From Ramazzottius varieornatus (Eukaryota; Animalia; Tardigrada), in contig BDGG01000004.1 of assembly GCA_001949185.1 (NCBI GenBank), positions 3,431,242 to 3,441,004 on the forward strand: a stretch of 9,763 nucleotides of DNA, given 5' to 3'. A program made the position numbers and the translations under genes. Shown here piece after piece: positions 9,458 through 9,763 of the stretch; position 1 is the stretch's first letter; every line of letters starts with the position of its first letter. The notes below the pieces were generated by a model that ran no database searches, was not told where the DNA came from, and was given only the letters and a program-made list of their open reading frames with translations.

Positions 9458-9763
9458 GAGTCGCGGAGAGCGCACAGACTGTCAACAAGTCCCGTTCCGA
9501 GTCAGAGTCCTGTTTGAAGCACTGCGCCCATATCGAGAAAGAGGTTTGCATATCCAAACATCCGGAACTTTATTTTCATCAAAAATTGTTATCTCGCAGA
9601 TGAAGGGACTGAAGCTCAACACGGTGCACTCCGAGGACCCTCGAGCCAAGTTGAAGCTGGTGGAATACAGTGCGGAAGAGCTAGAGAAGTTTGCCGAGTT
9701 GGCCGACGTTATTAAGCAGGAAATCGTAACGTTGAAGACCTTGATGAACACGATGGATCCGAA
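9458..9763 (+). repeat. Inverted near-identical copy of an SMC4 segment (part of exon 17, intron 17, exon 18)
   Basis: 9458-9742 is the reverse complement of 283-1 except for two single-base indels within positions 1-30. It includes the 56-nt intron (9544-9599 = 197-142) and continues in frame ..ADVIKQEIVTLKTLMNTMDP to the window end. Confidence 0.97.

Noticed and set aside
9482-9751. 89-aa minus-strand ORF
   Set aside because: Antisense to the duplicated SMC4 segment.

Overview
Eukaryotic genomic DNA, apparently from a compact, intron-dense genome; the organism cannot be named from sequence alone. It consists of two contigs joined by a 50-N gap (7359-7408). The left contig carries a minus-strand condensin SMC4 gene (18 exons and 17 short GT-AG introns traced by hand from ATG 4748 to the window edge, about 1150 aa, C-terminal head outside the window). 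Upstream on the same strand is an unrecognised gene with one uninterrupted ~1.55 kb frame (6740..5178). The right contig is a plus-strand patchwork: a spliced 53BP1-like tandem Tudor segment, a possible GPCR TM6-TM7 remnant, a decayed inverted copy (~83% nt) of part of the unknown gene, and, joined directly to it, a near-identical inverted copy of SMC4 positions 1-283 including its intron. The most notable signal is this co-oriented mosaic of gene fragments of different ages. It could reflect gene-fragment capture, a rearranged duplicate, an alternative haplotype or an assembly chimera. No prokaryotic system, RNA gene or CRISPR array is supported.
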